A DNA stretch of 64,000 nt from a virus, in UHGV virus genome UHGV-1351068. The stretch is one strand, 5' to 3'. The first letter of the stretch is position 1, and every line of letters begins with the position of its first letter. The notes below the pieces were generated by a model that did not search any database, was not told where the DNA came from, and worked only from the letters and a program-made list of their open reading frames with translations. Both the position numbers and the translations under genes were made by a program. Below, piece after piece: positions 23,098-32,600 of this stretch.

Positions 23098-24657
23098 ATG
23101 AAAAAGAATAAACTTATCGAAAAATGGCAGCCGCTGCTTGAGAACGAAGCTCTGCCGGAAATTGTTGGCGCTAGCAAAAAAGCTCTGATCGCTAAGATTT
23201 TTGAAAACCAGGAAGCTGATATTAATCAGGCTCCGGAATATCGCGATGAAAAAATCGCTGAAGCATTTGGTTCTTTCCTGTCTGAAGCAGAAATTGGCGG
23301 TGACCACGGTTATGATGCACAGAACATCGCAGCTGGTCAAACCTCTGGTGCTGTAACCCAGATTGGCCCGGCAGTTATGGGTATGGTTCGTCGTGCTATC
23401 CCTAACCTGATTGCTTTCGATATCTGTGGTGTACAGCCGATGTCTAACCCAACCGGTCAGGTATTCGCTCTCCGCGCTGTTTACGGCAAAGACCCTCTGG
23501 CTGCTGGTGCTAAAGAAGCTTTCCATCCGATGTACGCTCCGGATGCAATGTTCTCTGGTCAGGGTGCAACCGAGAAGTTTGAAGCAGTTAAAGCTGGTGC
23601 TTCTCTGGATGTTGGTGATATCGTAGTTCATGATTTCGCACAGACTGGTCGTGCTCACCTGCAGGTTGTAACAGCCTTTACAGTTGATGCTGCTGCTACT
23701 GATGCTGCTAAACTGGATGCTGAAGTCACTAAGCGTCTGGAAGCTGGCGAAGTAGTTGAAATCGCCGAAGGTATGGCTACTTCCGTTGCTGAACTGCAAG
23801 AAGCATTTAACGGTTCTAAAGATAACCCGTGGAATGAAATGGGCTTCCGTATCGATAAACAAACTATCGAAGCGAAATCTCGTCAGCTGAAAGCACAGTA
23901 TTCCATCGAGCTGGCTCAGGACCTCCGTGCTGTTCACGGTATGGACGCTGATGCTGAACTGAGTTCAATCCTGGCTACCGAAATTATGCTGGAAATCAAC
24001 CGTGAAGTTGTTGATTGGATTAACTACTCCGCTCAGGTTGGTAAATCTGGTATGACCCAGACTGTTGGTTCTAAAGCCGGTGTATTCGACTTCCAAGACC
24101 CGATTGATATCCGCGGTGCTCGTTGGGCAGGTGAAAGCTTTAAAGCTCTGCTGTTCCAGATTGACAAAGAATCCGCTGAAATCGCTCGTCAGACCGGTCG
24201 CGGTGAAGGTAACTTCATTATCGCTTCCCGTAACGTAGTTAACGTACTGGCAGCTGTTGATACCAACGTATCTCCGGCAGCTCAGGGTCTGGGTCGTGGT
24301 TATAATACCGACACCACTAAAGCAGTATTTGCTGGTGTTCTGGGTGGTCGCTACCGTGTATACATCGACCAGTATGCTCGTCAGGATTACTTCACTATCG
24401 GTTATAAAGGTGCTAACGAAATGGATGCTGGTATCTACTATGCTCCGTATGTTGCACTGACCCCGCTGCGTGGTTCCGATCCGAAGAACTTCCAACCGGT
24501 CATGGGGTTCAAAACCCGTTACGGTATCGGTATTAACCCGTTCGCCGATTCTGCTGCTCAACAGCCGAAAGGTCGTATTACCTCTGGTATGCCTTCTATC
24601 GTCAACTCTGTTGGTAAGAATGCTTACTTCCGTCGTGTATGGGTTAAAGGTATCTAA
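23098..24657 (+). CDS. 23: major capsid protein gp23
   Basis: 519 aa; about 85% identical by eye to recalled T4 gp23 (e.g. AAGQTSGAVTQIGPAVMGMVRRAIPNLIAFDICGVQPM). Confidence 0.95.
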   Translation: MKKNKLIEKWQPLLENEALPEIVGASKKALIAKIFENQEADINQAPEYRDEKIAEAFGSFLSEAEIGGDHGYDAQNIAAGQTSGAVTQIGPAVMGMVRRAIPNLIAFDICGVQPMSNPTGQVFALRAVYGKDPLAAGAKEAFHPMYAPDAMFSGQGATEKFEAVKAGASLDVGDIVVHDFAQTGRAHLQVVTAFTVDAAATDAAKLDAEVTKRLEAGEVVEIAEGMATSVAELQEAFNGSKDNPWNEMGFRIDKQTIEAKSRQLKAQYSIELAQDLRAVHGMDADAELSSILATEIMLEINREVVDWINYSAQVGKSGMTQTVGSKAGVFDFQDPIDIRGARWAGESFKALLFQIDKESAEIARQTGRGEGNFIIASRNVVNVLAAVDTNVSPAAQGLGRGYNTDTTKAVFAGVLGGRYRVYIDQYARQDYFTIGYKGANEMDAGIYYAPYVALTPLRGSDPKNFQPVMGFKTRYGIGINPFADSAAQQPKGRITSGMPSIVNSVGKNAYFRRVWVKGI

Positions 24658-24666
24658 TACCAATAA

Positions 24667-24696
24667 GGGAGCCTTCGGGCTCCCTTTAGTTGTTTT
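24667..24696 (+). terminator. terminator after gene 23
   Basis: GGGAGCC-TTCG-GGCTCCC + TTTAGTTGTTTT. Confidence 0.55.
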
Positions 24697-24702
24697 AATG
24701 GA

Positions 24703-24710
24703 TATAAATA
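24703..24710 (+). promoter_or_regulatory. late promoter TATAAATA (gene 24)
   Basis: Exact motif 28 nt upstream of ATG 24739. Confidence 0.6.
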
Positions 24711-24738
24711 AACTTATAAATCCACAGAGGAAAGCGCA

Positions 24739-26019
24739 ATGGCTAAAATCAACGAACTTCTGCGCGAGTCAACTACAACGAGTAGCAACTTAATTGGTCG
24801 CCCTAATCTCGTTGCATTAACGCGCGCAACTACTAAATTAATCTATACCGATCTTGTTGCTACACAGCGTACTAAACAGCCTGTAGCAGCGCTATATGGT
24901 ATCAAATATCTTAACCCTAATGGTGACCTGACGTTTAATACGGGTGCAACTTATGCAGGTCAAATCGGGGCGCCAGAACGTGAGTCAATTGAAGAACTCA
25001 CTATGGCAAATAAAGACTCATTCAATAAAGACGATATGTTCAAATATCAGAATGTGGTCTTTAAAGTACTTAAAGATAGCCCGTTTACCGATACAGCAGA
25101 AACCGATGAATTTGGAATTGTGTCTGAAGCAGTAGCAGCTAATAATATTCGTATGTTGTCAGATGCTGCAGTCACTGAAAAATTTGAAGGACCCGATTCA
25201 GACCCAATCACCGAAGCCAGTTTTAAAATTGATAAATGGCAGACCCAGGTTAAATCACGTAAGCTTAAAACAGATTTAACGGTAGAATTAGCTCAAGATT
25301 TAGAAGCTAATGGGTTCGATGCTCCAGAACTTATTGATGATTTACTTGCTACTGAAATGGCAGAAGACATTAATAAAGACATCTTGCAATCATTGATTAC
25401 GGTTTCTTCTCGGTTTAAAGTAGCTGGTGTATCCGATAAGGGTGTATTAGATTTAACTAAACAAGATTCTGCTCCGGAACAAGGTCGTACTCTGTATCGT
25501 TTCATTTGTGAAATGAATTCAGCAGTTCAACGTAATACTTCTTATTCTGGTACTTATGCAGTAGCATCTACTCGTTGTGCTGCGGTGCTTGCAGCTTCCG
25601 GTTGGTTAACACAGAAGAATGATGGAAGTATTCCGGAAAACGCATACGGTATGCTGAATAACGGTTTACCTCTTTATTGTGATACTAACAGTCCGGTTGA
25701 TTACGTTATTGTTGGTGTTAAGGCAGAATTTGGTGGGAAGGAAACTGTAGGTTCTTTATTTTATGCGCCATATACCGAAGGCTTGGATTTAGACGACCCT
25801 GAGCATGTTGGTGCATTTAAAGTTATTGTTGACCCAGCTAGCTTGCAGCCTTCTGTTGCTTTACTGGTACGATATGCATTGTCAGTTAACCCATATACTG
25901 TAGGATTGGACGAGGACGAAGCTCGTGTGATTAATGCTGCGGATATGGATAAGATGGCAGGAAGAAGTAAGATGTCTGTACTGCTCGGTGTTAAGTTACC
26001 TAAGCTTATTGCGGACTAA
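24739..26019 (+). CDS. 24: capsid vertex protein gp24
   Basis: 426 aa (T4 427), gp23 paralog; late promoter 24703. Confidence 0.85.
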   Translation: MAKINELLRESTTTSSNLIGRPNLVALTRATTKLIYTDLVATQRTKQPVAALYGIKYLNPNGDLTFNTGATYAGQIGAPERESIEELTMANKDSFNKDDMFKYQNVVFKVLKDSPFTDTAETDEFGIVSEAVAANNIRMLSDAAVTEKFEGPDSDPITEASFKIDKWQTQVKSRKLKTDLTVELAQDLEANGFDAPELIDDLLATEMAEDINKDILQSLITVSSRFKVAGVSDKGVLDLTKQDSAPEQGRTLYRFICEMNSAVQRNTSYSGTYAVASTRCAAVLAASGWLTQKNDGSIPENAYGMLNNGLPLYCDTNSPVDYVIVGVKAEFGGKETVGSLFYAPYTEGLDLDDPEHVGAFKVIVDPASLQPSVALLVRYALSVNPYTVGLDEDEARVINAADMDKMAGRSKMSVLLGVKLPKLIAD

Positions 26020-26024
26020 TTTAT

Positions 26025-26048
26025 GGGGAGCTTCGGCTCCCCTTTTTG
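26025..26048 (+). terminator. terminator after gene 24
   Basis: GGGGAGC-TTCG-GCTCCCC + TTTTTGTT. Confidence 0.6.
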
Positions 26049-26597
26049 TTATAAACTAAATATGTCAAACCTCGGGGAGTATTCCTCCTCGAGGGATTTA
26101 AACACATTCTTATCATAGAGGTTGACGCATTCTATTCCATGTCTACGGGCTATATCAACAGCTACTCTCGTCCCTCCAGATACACTCCCACATCTTTTTT
26201 CAGGCGCCCAATATAATACCTTATCTACAGGCTCAGTGCATTCTAGGCCCAATACCTGCATAGAATTCCGTGCAAATAGTGTCTGTACTATCTTCGAGCA
26301 TTCATCCCAGTACGACGTAACTTCTCTCGCCTTAATGATGCTTTTGATTTTGGCTTCGTTTGATAATTCAGACCATACAACAACACCTGTATCAGGAACA
26401 TGGCCACAAAAGCCAGAATAAGGAATAATCCTACAAGAATTTGACCTATCGTATTTCGCCAACCACGCTTCATCTGAACCCGGAGCTCCACCTGAATATG
26501 AAAAATGCCCCTCTTCCGAGAGGCGTTGACCGATTATAGTCATTAGACTCAGAACTCTGCGTGGCGCTTCTCTTGAACCAATCAGCGCCAGCCTCAT
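26049..26597 (-). CDS. DprA/Smf-like (SLOG superfamily) Rossmann-fold protein
   Basis: 182 aa; LALIGSR..(27)..SGGAPGSDEAW and ..SGGTRVAVDIARRHGIECV match the DprA Rossmann pattern (hhhGoR...SGgAxGxDxxAH ... SGsxxTA..Al..g..v); start ATG overlaps rnlB stop (TAATG). Confidence 0.55.
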   Translation of the reverse strand: MRLALIGSREAPRRVLSLMTIIGQRLSEEGHFSYSGGAPGSDEAWLAKYDRSNSCRIIPYSGFCGHVPDTGVVVWSELSNEAKIKSIIKAREVTSYWDECSKIVQTLFARNSMQVLGLECTEPVDKVLYWAPEKRCGSVSGGTRVAVDIARRHGIECVNLYDKNVFKSLEEEYSPRFDIFSL

Positions 26598-27604
26598 TAT
26601 TCTAAAACCTCATGCCATTTGCTACGAATAGTGTTTTGAATTAAAGTAGTCAGTTCTTTCTTAACAGCAGAAGGATTATCAGCGAATAGCATGTCATGAC
26701 CTTCACGAGCTGCTTCGTTAATGATATCTTTCATAGTCAGTCCCATAACTCGACCAAAATCTTTGGCAGTTACAGTACCAATATGAGACAGAACGTTACT
26801 TACACGGTTCCAGGTTACATACTCGGAAAAGATTTCCAGAACACGCTTATCAGTATCAGTGAGTTCAACCTTAGCTTTAATAGGCTTATCAGATTTAGCT
26901 TTCTCGCTGAACTTAGAATTCTTACACTTAATAGCTACACGGGTACCGTTATTAAAGAATTTAGGATTAACCGGTTTAAGAACATAGCCTTCAGCTACAC
27001 CGGTTTCAGAAGAAGCCTGTGGACCGAACACATGTTTATTTGCATGTTCAAGGTCAGTCGTGTCAACAAGTTCATTATAGTAATTGACAATAGATTTAAA
27101 GTCATTTACATACTGAGATAGCTCAGCGAATGAACCACGACCAAGCAGTGGAGCTAATTTAAGACCAAGACCAGTAGCAAACGATTCTACTACATAATCG
27201 TCCCAATAAACTTTTTCGTTACCGGAATCCGACAGGATATCAAACACGTAGAAATCTTTATCACCATAATCTACGCCCTTCTGAATACCACCGCCAGCAA
27301 ATTCACCGAAGATTTGAACAGATACTAAATCCATGGTGTTCAGCATGTTCTGCATCTTAACGAAAGAATCCTTGTACTTCTTCATGATAATCTCATGACC
27401 AAAGAAGCTTTCACCTTCTAAAATAGGACCAGTACGCTTAGCCGGAACGATTTCGGTAGGGGTAATAATCACACTGAAGTTAGTGCCATGAATTTTCTCA
27501 CGAGCTACCCACTCAACAGTATGCATATCAAAACCAGCACCACGAATCTTCTCGATGAACTTATTGTTGTAATGGTTCTCGAGACTAGAATATTTTGCAA
27601 ACAT
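26597..27604 (-). CDS. rnlB: RNA ligase 2
   Basis: 335 aa (T4 Rnl2 334); nucleotidyltransferase motif I KIHGTNFS. Confidence 0.85.
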   Translation of the reverse strand: MFAKYSSLENHYNNKFIEKIRGAGFDMHTVEWVAREKIHGTNFSVIITPTEIVPAKRTGPILEGESFFGHEIIMKKYKDSFVKMQNMLNTMDLVSVQIFGEFAGGGIQKGVDYGDKDFYVFDILSDSGNEKVYWDDYVVESFATGLGLKLAPLLGRGSFAELSQYVNDFKSIVNYYNELVDTTDLEHANKHVFGPQASSETGVAEGYVLKPVNPKFFNNGTRVAIKCKNSKFSEKAKSDKPIKAKVELTDTDKRVLEIFSEYVTWNRVSNVLSHIGTVTAKDFGRVMGLTMKDIINEAAREGHDMLFADNPSAVKKELTTLIQNTIRSKWHEVLE

Positions 27605-27614
27605 TATAATTTCC

Positions 27615-27872
27615 TTAGAATGTGATTTTCATAAAGTCAGTATCACCATTACGCTGGGCACTGGTATAATTTGTAACAAATCCTTCATCATGCAAATAAT
27701 TAAGAACGTTTGTGATATGTTTCTTAACTAAACTGCTAGGATACATAATTAACTCACGTTGACCCGCTAAAGCGGTTTTCTCAATCTGGGTTAATACTTC
27801 TTCTTTTGCTGCTGATAATTCTTCTGTAGCAACATTAATAGCTGTATTAGCCATTCTATCTGCAAGGTTCAT
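27615..27872 (-). CDS. hypothetical protein (about 85 aa)
   Basis: ORF 27615..27971 trimmed to ATG 27872 ([10 protein letters not shown]..) preceded by SD-like GAGAG; a MotA-box-like TGCTTTA plus TATAAT lie upstream on the same strand. Confidence 0.4.
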   Translation of the reverse strand: MNLADRMANTAINVATEELSAAKEEVLTQIEKTALAGQRELIMYPSSLVKKHITNVLNYLHDEGFVTNYTSAQRNGDTDFMKITF

Positions 27873-27986
27873 AATTTTTCTCTCAATAAATAATATAAAA
27901 CCAGGAGTACATCTATCTTGGGATAAGGATAATGGTATCAGAGGATTTCCCCTGAGCCCATTATACCACATCGATTTTTAAAGCAA

Positions 27987-28313
27987 TTAATAACCGCTCG
28001 GCACGAAGCGATACATGATATATCCGCTTTTAGTTAGCATGATTTCAAATTGACTTTTGCTTCCAACCTCAAGTACTAATGGAATATCTTTATCCATCAG
28101 CATCCAATCAATTTTTCCATACCGTTCATTAATCAAATCCGTTATTTTACGTGCACCACTTTTATAGTAGTAAGAACTCTGAACAGCCATCATTTTACTA
28201 ACAAATTTAGATGCAAACAACCAGACATTTACCCCATTAGCAGCTGGCGTAAATTTCTTAGAAAGCATTTCTTCAAATCGTTCTACTACAATTGGGTCTA
28301 CTTTAGACATCAT
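27987..28313 (-). CDS. hypothetical protein
   Basis: 108-aa ORF; start overlaps stop of upstream HTH ORF (ATGA). Confidence 0.45.
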   Translation of the reverse strand: MMSKVDPIVVERFEEMLSKKFTPAANGVNVWLFASKFVSKMMAVQSSYYYKSGARKITDLINERYGKIDWMLMDKDIPLVLEVGSKSQFEIMLTKSGYIMYRFVPSGY

Positions 28314-28537
28314 AAAGTCCTCATGTGTTTAACAAGTTTCTTATGACGAGATTTTATACCAACGTTTGTTAAGCGTTTCCGATATACGACTTTTTCTTTT
28401 TGCTTAAACCGTTCGTGTGCTTTCTCAACTGAGACCCACAATTTAGCAGCTTCCGCTGGAGTGATATCTAATGCTCTCGCAATTTCTTGAAAATCTTTAC
28501 CGCTTTCATGCATTAAGTGAGCTTGTAATGCTTTCAT
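28310..28537 (-). CDS. small HTH DNA-binding protein (sigma region-4-like helix-turn-helix)
   Basis: 75 aa; FQEIARALDITPAEAAKLW is an HTH pattern; basic C-terminus. Confidence 0.45.
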   Translation of the reverse strand: MKALQAHLMHESGKDFQEIARALDITPAEAAKLWVSVEKAHERFKQKEKVVYRKRLTNVGIKSRHKKLVKHMRTL

Positions 28538-28587
28538 AATAACCTCATCTATGTGACGAGGACATAATAAACCAATCCGTGAATAGC

Positions 28588-28610
28588 AAAAAGGGAGCCC
28601 GAAGGCTCCC
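28588..28610 (-). terminator. terminator after hoc (minus strand)
   Basis: Minus strand GGGAGCC-UUCG-GGCUCCC + UUUUUGCU. Confidence 0.55.
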
Positions 28611-28615
28611 GAATA

Positions 28616-29740
28616 TTACGGATAGATAATACCTGCTTCCAGCGCAGTACGATGAACAATGTATCCATTTCTAGATTCTTGTACATCGACTTCTGGATAA
28701 TCGTCTAGCATTTTAGCCAGAGTATATCGGTGTAGGTAATAATCGCTGTCAGGGTCGTCGAGTTTCCAATCTTTGCCCTCAACAGTCATTCGCTGGATTT
28801 CATCCATTACCCACCAACCGCACCAGATATAAGCTGTTTCACGGAACGGCAGAGGATGAATATACGGAAGCTCTCCGTTAGGAGTAGGAGCTACCCTTTT
28901 GGTAATAGTTACATTACCAGTTGTAGTTACTGTGACTGAGTTATAATCTTCTGCGGAAACCTCAACAGAAACCCCAATCACTTGAGACCCTATATCAGAC
29001 GTGTCAATCACTAAAGTACTAGTTGAACCTTCAACAGGGGAACCGTCTTTGGTCCATGAATAAGTTCCGGATGCACCTTCTGGAGAACCGATAACGTCGG
29101 CTTTAAAAGATGCATCAGACCCCTGCTCGACTGTAATAGATTCAGGAGTCAAAGTAACTGAAACACCACTCATTGTCTTTTTAGTGATGGTTACGCTAGC
29201 ACCTTTGCTTACAGTCACTGGATTGTAATCTGGTGCAGAAACTGTTGCTTCACAATTCAGAGTATAATTAGCCTCTGCTGACTCAGTTATGGTAATCGTT
29301 TTAGCAGTCTGACCTTCAATAACGACAGTACCACGCTTCCAGACATAAGCAATACTTGCCCCTTCTGGAGCACCAACAACGTTAGCCGTAACTACCTGAG
29401 ACTGGCCAATTTCTTTAGAAACAGAAGCTGGGCTCAAAGCTAAAGTAATCGCAGGCATAGTTTTGTTCTTAACTGTCAAAGTAGTTTCTGCTTCAGCGGT
29501 TTCTGCCTCACCCTCTGCTGGGGTAACAGTAGCAACTACTTTAACAGTCTTACTGCCGGCAGGTCCTGCAGCAACATAATTCATAGCTGCGGTAACAGAA
29601 GATTGTTTTACACCATTTACTGTCCATACAAATGTTTCTGTGCCTTCAGCTGTGGCTCCAGAAGTTGTTGCAGTAAAATTGGTTGTTGCTCCAATGACTG
29701 CCGAAGCAGCCAAAGGAGCAATAGATACGCTATAAGCCAT
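28616..29740 (-). CDS. hoc: highly immunogenic outer capsid protein Hoc
   Basis: 374 aa (T4 376); tandem Ig-like Thr/Val-rich repeats; position after inh. Confidence 0.75.
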   Translation of the reverse strand: MAYSVSIAPLAASAVIGATTNFTATTSGATAEGTETFVWTVNGVKQSSVTAAMNYVAAGPAGSKTVKVVATVTPAEGEAETAEAETTLTVKNKTMPAITLALSPASVSKEIGQSQVVTANVVGAPEGASIAYVWKRGTVVIEGQTAKTITITESAEANYTLNCEATVSAPDYNPVTVSKGASVTITKKTMSGVSVTLTPESITVEQGSDASFKADVIGSPEGASGTYSWTKDGSPVEGSTSTLVIDTSDIGSQVIGVSVEVSAEDYNSVTVTTTGNVTITKRVAPTPNGELPYIHPLPFRETAYIWCGWWVMDEIQRMTVEGKDWKLDDPDSDYYLHRYTLAKMLDDYPEVDVQESRNGYIVHRTALEAGIIYP

Positions 29741-29749
29741 AGGTGTTCC

Positions 29750-30544
29750 TTATTTTAAAGTTACAAATGAAGAATTACGTGTTTCACGAATCATAACAGA
29801 CCCGTTTCTTTTGATGTAATAGATTAAACTAAACAGTGTCTGGTGTGCTGATGGGTGTTCAAACGACGTTGGCCGAGATTTCCAGTCCGGGTTATCTTTA
29901 ATCCATTGGTAAATCCACCATGGAAGAGTAATATATCCTGGGTTCTTACCTAGCAATTGCATGTTTGGACTAAAGTTTTCAGGAAGCTCAATGATTTCGT
30001 CTGTTTTAATAATTTTAACTACTTTGTCCATTGCTTTGAAAAATTCTTCGGGGTCCGTGATATTAACCGGAATATTGGTAACTTGTCCTTCATTATCAAC
30101 ATGAATAACATTTTCACCAATAGGAGCTTCAGCATAAAATCCTTTATCATTGATAGAAGGAGTTTTTACTTCAAATCCAGGGTCATTTACCTTAGGGGTT
30201 TCTTTATAGAAACCTGGGTCAATATCATGAATTTTAATACCAACATTAACTGGAGCGTCAAACAGTAGTTTTGCCTCATCAGACGCTTCATCTTTAAATA
30301 CTGCTTTACCCTCAATTTCATCATCTGCTTGAATTAAATCAGCAATTGACAGCCCATCATTATCTTCTGGCATAGGCTCATCGGCCAATTTAGCCAGTTC
30401 TTTTTCTAAGTCAGCAACCATATTGTCAAATGAACGGGTCTTTTTCAGTTTAATACCGAAAGTTTGGGCATACTCGTCGAGCTTATCTTTAGCTTCTTTT
30501 TTATCGAGTGCCTGAATTTCTTTAATATAGTCTTTATCTAGCAT
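29750..30544 (-). CDS. inh: Inh, inhibitor of prohead protease gp21
   Basis: Position upstream of hoc; start taken as ATG 30544 (MLDKDY..) because the longer track ORF would run through the uvsW promoter; late promoter 30579-30586; 264 aa vs 226 in T4, so the identification rests mainly on synteny. Confidence 0.5.
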   Translation of the reverse strand: MLDKDYIKEIQALDKKEAKDKLDEYAQTFGIKLKKTRSFDNMVADLEKELAKLADEPMPEDNDGLSIADLIQADDEIEGKAVFKDEASDEAKLLFDAPVNVGIKIHDIDPGFYKETPKVNDPGFEVKTPSINDKGFYAEAPIGENVIHVDNEGQVTNIPVNITDPEEFFKAMDKVVKIIKTDEIIELPENFSPNMQLLGKNPGYITLPWWIYQWIKDNPDWKSRPTSFEHPSAHQTLFSLIYYIKRNGSVMIRETRNSSFVTLK

Positions 30545-30564
30545 TGGGTGTGCCTCATGTAATG

Positions 30565-30572
30565 TATAAATA
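30565..30572 (+). promoter_or_regulatory. late promoter TATAAATA (uvsW)
   Basis: Exact motif 28 nt upstream of GTG 30601. Confidence 0.5.
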
Positions 30573-30578
30573 TGATTG

Positions 30579-30586
30579 TATTTATA
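30579..30586 (-). promoter_or_regulatory. late promoter TATAAATA on minus strand (inh-hoc)
   Basis: TATTTATA on plus; 34 nt upstream of inh ATG 30544; divergent from the uvsW promoter 6 nt away. Confidence 0.5.
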
Positions 30587-30600
30587 ACTGAGGATAGTAC

Positions 30601-32104
30601 AGTGCACGACATCCAAGTCAAATTTAAAGATTTTAGTCATGTTCATATTGAGTGTGATGACTCGATTTTCTATGAACTCAGAGACTATTTTAGCTTCGAA
30701 GCCGATGGATACAGATTCAACCCGAAATATCGTTATGGACATTGGGATGGAAGAATTCGTCTGCTAGATTATAATCGTCTCTTACCGTTTGGTCTTGTTG
30801 GCCAAATTAGAAAATTCGCTGACCAATTCGGATATAAGGTTTATTTCGATCCAGTTATATTTGAGCAAGAAACTCTTTCACGGGAGGATTTTGACACGTG
30901 GTTAGCATCTAAAGAAATTTATTCAGGATTAACTAAGATTGAACCACATTGGTATCAGAAAGATGCTGTATATGAAGGACTAGTTAATAGGCGTAGAATT
31001 CTTAATCTTCCAACGTCTGCCGGTAAGTCTCTTATTCAGGCATTACTTGCTCGTTATTATGTAGAAAATTACGAAGGCAAAATTCTTATCATCGTTCCTA
31101 CCACAGCGTTAGTTGACCAGATGATTGATGATTTTTGTGATTATCGTTTATTTCCTCGCAATGCTATGCTGGGTATTCGAGGTGGTACTGCTCGTGATTC
31201 GAATGCATTAGTTTATGTATCTACATGGCAGACAGCAGTTAAGCAGCCTAAAGAATGGTTTTCTCAATTCGGCATGATGATGAACGATGAATGCCATCTT
31301 GCAACGGGTAAGTCAATTTCAACAATCATTGCGGGTCTCACCAATTGCATGTTTAAGTACGGACTGTCTGGTTCTCTTAAAGACGGCAAAGCTAATATCA
31401 TGCAATATGTTGGCATGTTTGGTGAAATCTTCCGTCCGGTATCAACTTCTAAGTTAATGGAAGACGGACAAGTAACTGAGCTTAAAATTAATACAATCTT
31501 CTTAAGATATCCAGATGCAGCCGCAAACGCTTTAAAAGGCAAAACGTATCAAGAAGAAATTAAATTCATCACCAATGTTAAGAAAAGAAATCGTTGGATT
31601 GCTAATCTTGCTACTAAACTTGCAGCGCGTGACGAAAATGCCTTTGTGATGTTTAAACATGTAGCTCATGGTAAAGAGCTATTCGAGATGATTAAAGCTG
31701 CTGGTCATGAGCATGTCTATTATGTATCAGGTGAAGTTAATACCGAAACACGTAATGCTTTAAAGGCTATGGCAGAAAACGGAAAAGGAATTATTATCGT
31801 CGCAAGTTACGGCGTATTTTCTACCGGTATTTCTGTTAAAAACCTGCATCATGTAATTTTAGCCCATCCAGTTAAATCGAAGATTATCGTACTCCAAACT
31901 ATTGGTCGTGTTCTTCGTAAGCATAAAGATAAATCTTTGGCTACAGTGTGGGATATCATTGATGACCTGGGTGTAAAGCCGAAGTCAGCCAATGCTAAAA
32001 AGAAATACACACATTTAAACTATTGCTTAAAACATGCATTAGAGCGTATTCAACGATATGCTGATGAAAAATTTAACTACGTAATGAAAACGGTAAATCT
32101 ATGA
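30601..32104 (+). CDS. uvsW: UvsW RNA-DNA and DNA-DNA helicase
   Basis: Roughly 70% identical by eye to recalled T4 UvsW across the whole length (SF2 helicase motifs LNLPTSAGKS, DECH); start assigned to GTG 30601 after SD GAGGA because ATG 30572 overlaps the late promoter. Confidence 0.85.
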
Positions 32105-32343
32105 TTAAATTTGAAGATATTTACGAAGCCACAATTCGTGAGGCTACTATCGATAACTTCATGAGTAAAATTAATGCTTGCCAAACCTTAGATGGTCTGA
32201 AAGAACTCGAGAAGTATTACGATAAGCGCTCTAAAGAAACTACTCTTGCTGATTCTGACGACATCATTGTGCGTGATGCTTTGGCGGGGCGTAGACAGGC
32301 TCTTGAAGCCGATTCTGAAGATGAAGATGACGAAGACTTCTAA
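32101..32343 (+). CDS. uvsW.1: UvsW.1 (UvsW-associated small acidic protein)
   Basis: 80 aa, acidic C-terminus; overlaps uvsW stop (ATGA); same arrangement as T4 uvsW/uvsW.1. Confidence 0.6.
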   Translation: MIKFEDIYEATIREATIDNFMSKINACQTLDGLKELEKYYDKRSKETTLADSDDIIVRDALAGRRQALEADSEDEDDEDF

Positions 32344-32345
32344 TA

Positions 32346-32374
32346 CAAAAAAGCCCCAACCGAAAGGAAGGGGC
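32346..32374 (-). terminator. terminator after uvsY operon (minus strand)
   Basis: Minus strand GCCCCUUCCUUUCGGUUGGGGC hairpin + UUUUUUGUA. Confidence 0.5.
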
Positions 32375-32402
32375 AAAGCCAATTGGCTACATCAACACTA
32401 GA

Positions 32403-32570
32403 CTAAATTAAAAGCTGCGTTTCTTGTAATTGCTCTTCTGTGTCTTCAGTGACAGGCAATTCAATCGCATAATTATAGCAAGCTCCGGGATGAACCGGGC
32501 CTTTGTCTGTTTGGACAACCAATGCTTCATCGATTGGTCCTTTACAGACGACACATACCGTATTCGACAT
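32403..32570 (-). CDS. small Cys-containing protein downstream of uvsY (uvsY.-1/-2-like)
   Basis: 55 aa (MSNTVCVVCKGPIDEALV..), strong SD AAGGAG 6 nt upstream; below ORF-track length cutoff. Confidence 0.45.
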   Translation of the reverse strand: MSNTVCVVCKGPIDEALVVQTDKGPVHPGACYNYAIELPVTEDTEEQLQETQLLI

Positions 32571-32600
32571 GATTGTCTCCTTAGTTTACAGGTTTATTTA

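Noticed and set aside
23074-24663. Long minus-strand ORFs (287 aa and 232 aa) antisense to genes 22/23
   Set aside because: They lie entirely inside the highly conserved major capsid gene, on the strand opposite to all neighbouring late genes. Strongly biased codon use in gp23 generates stop-free antisense frames. No SD or promoter.
30545-30742. Long 5' extension of inh ORF (330 aa) and ATG 30572 as uvsW start
   Set aside because: The extension would overlap the uvsW coding start and both divergent late promoters; the internal ATG 30544 gives a 264-aa product (T4 Inh is 226 aa). ATG 30572 for uvsW sits on top of its own promoter.
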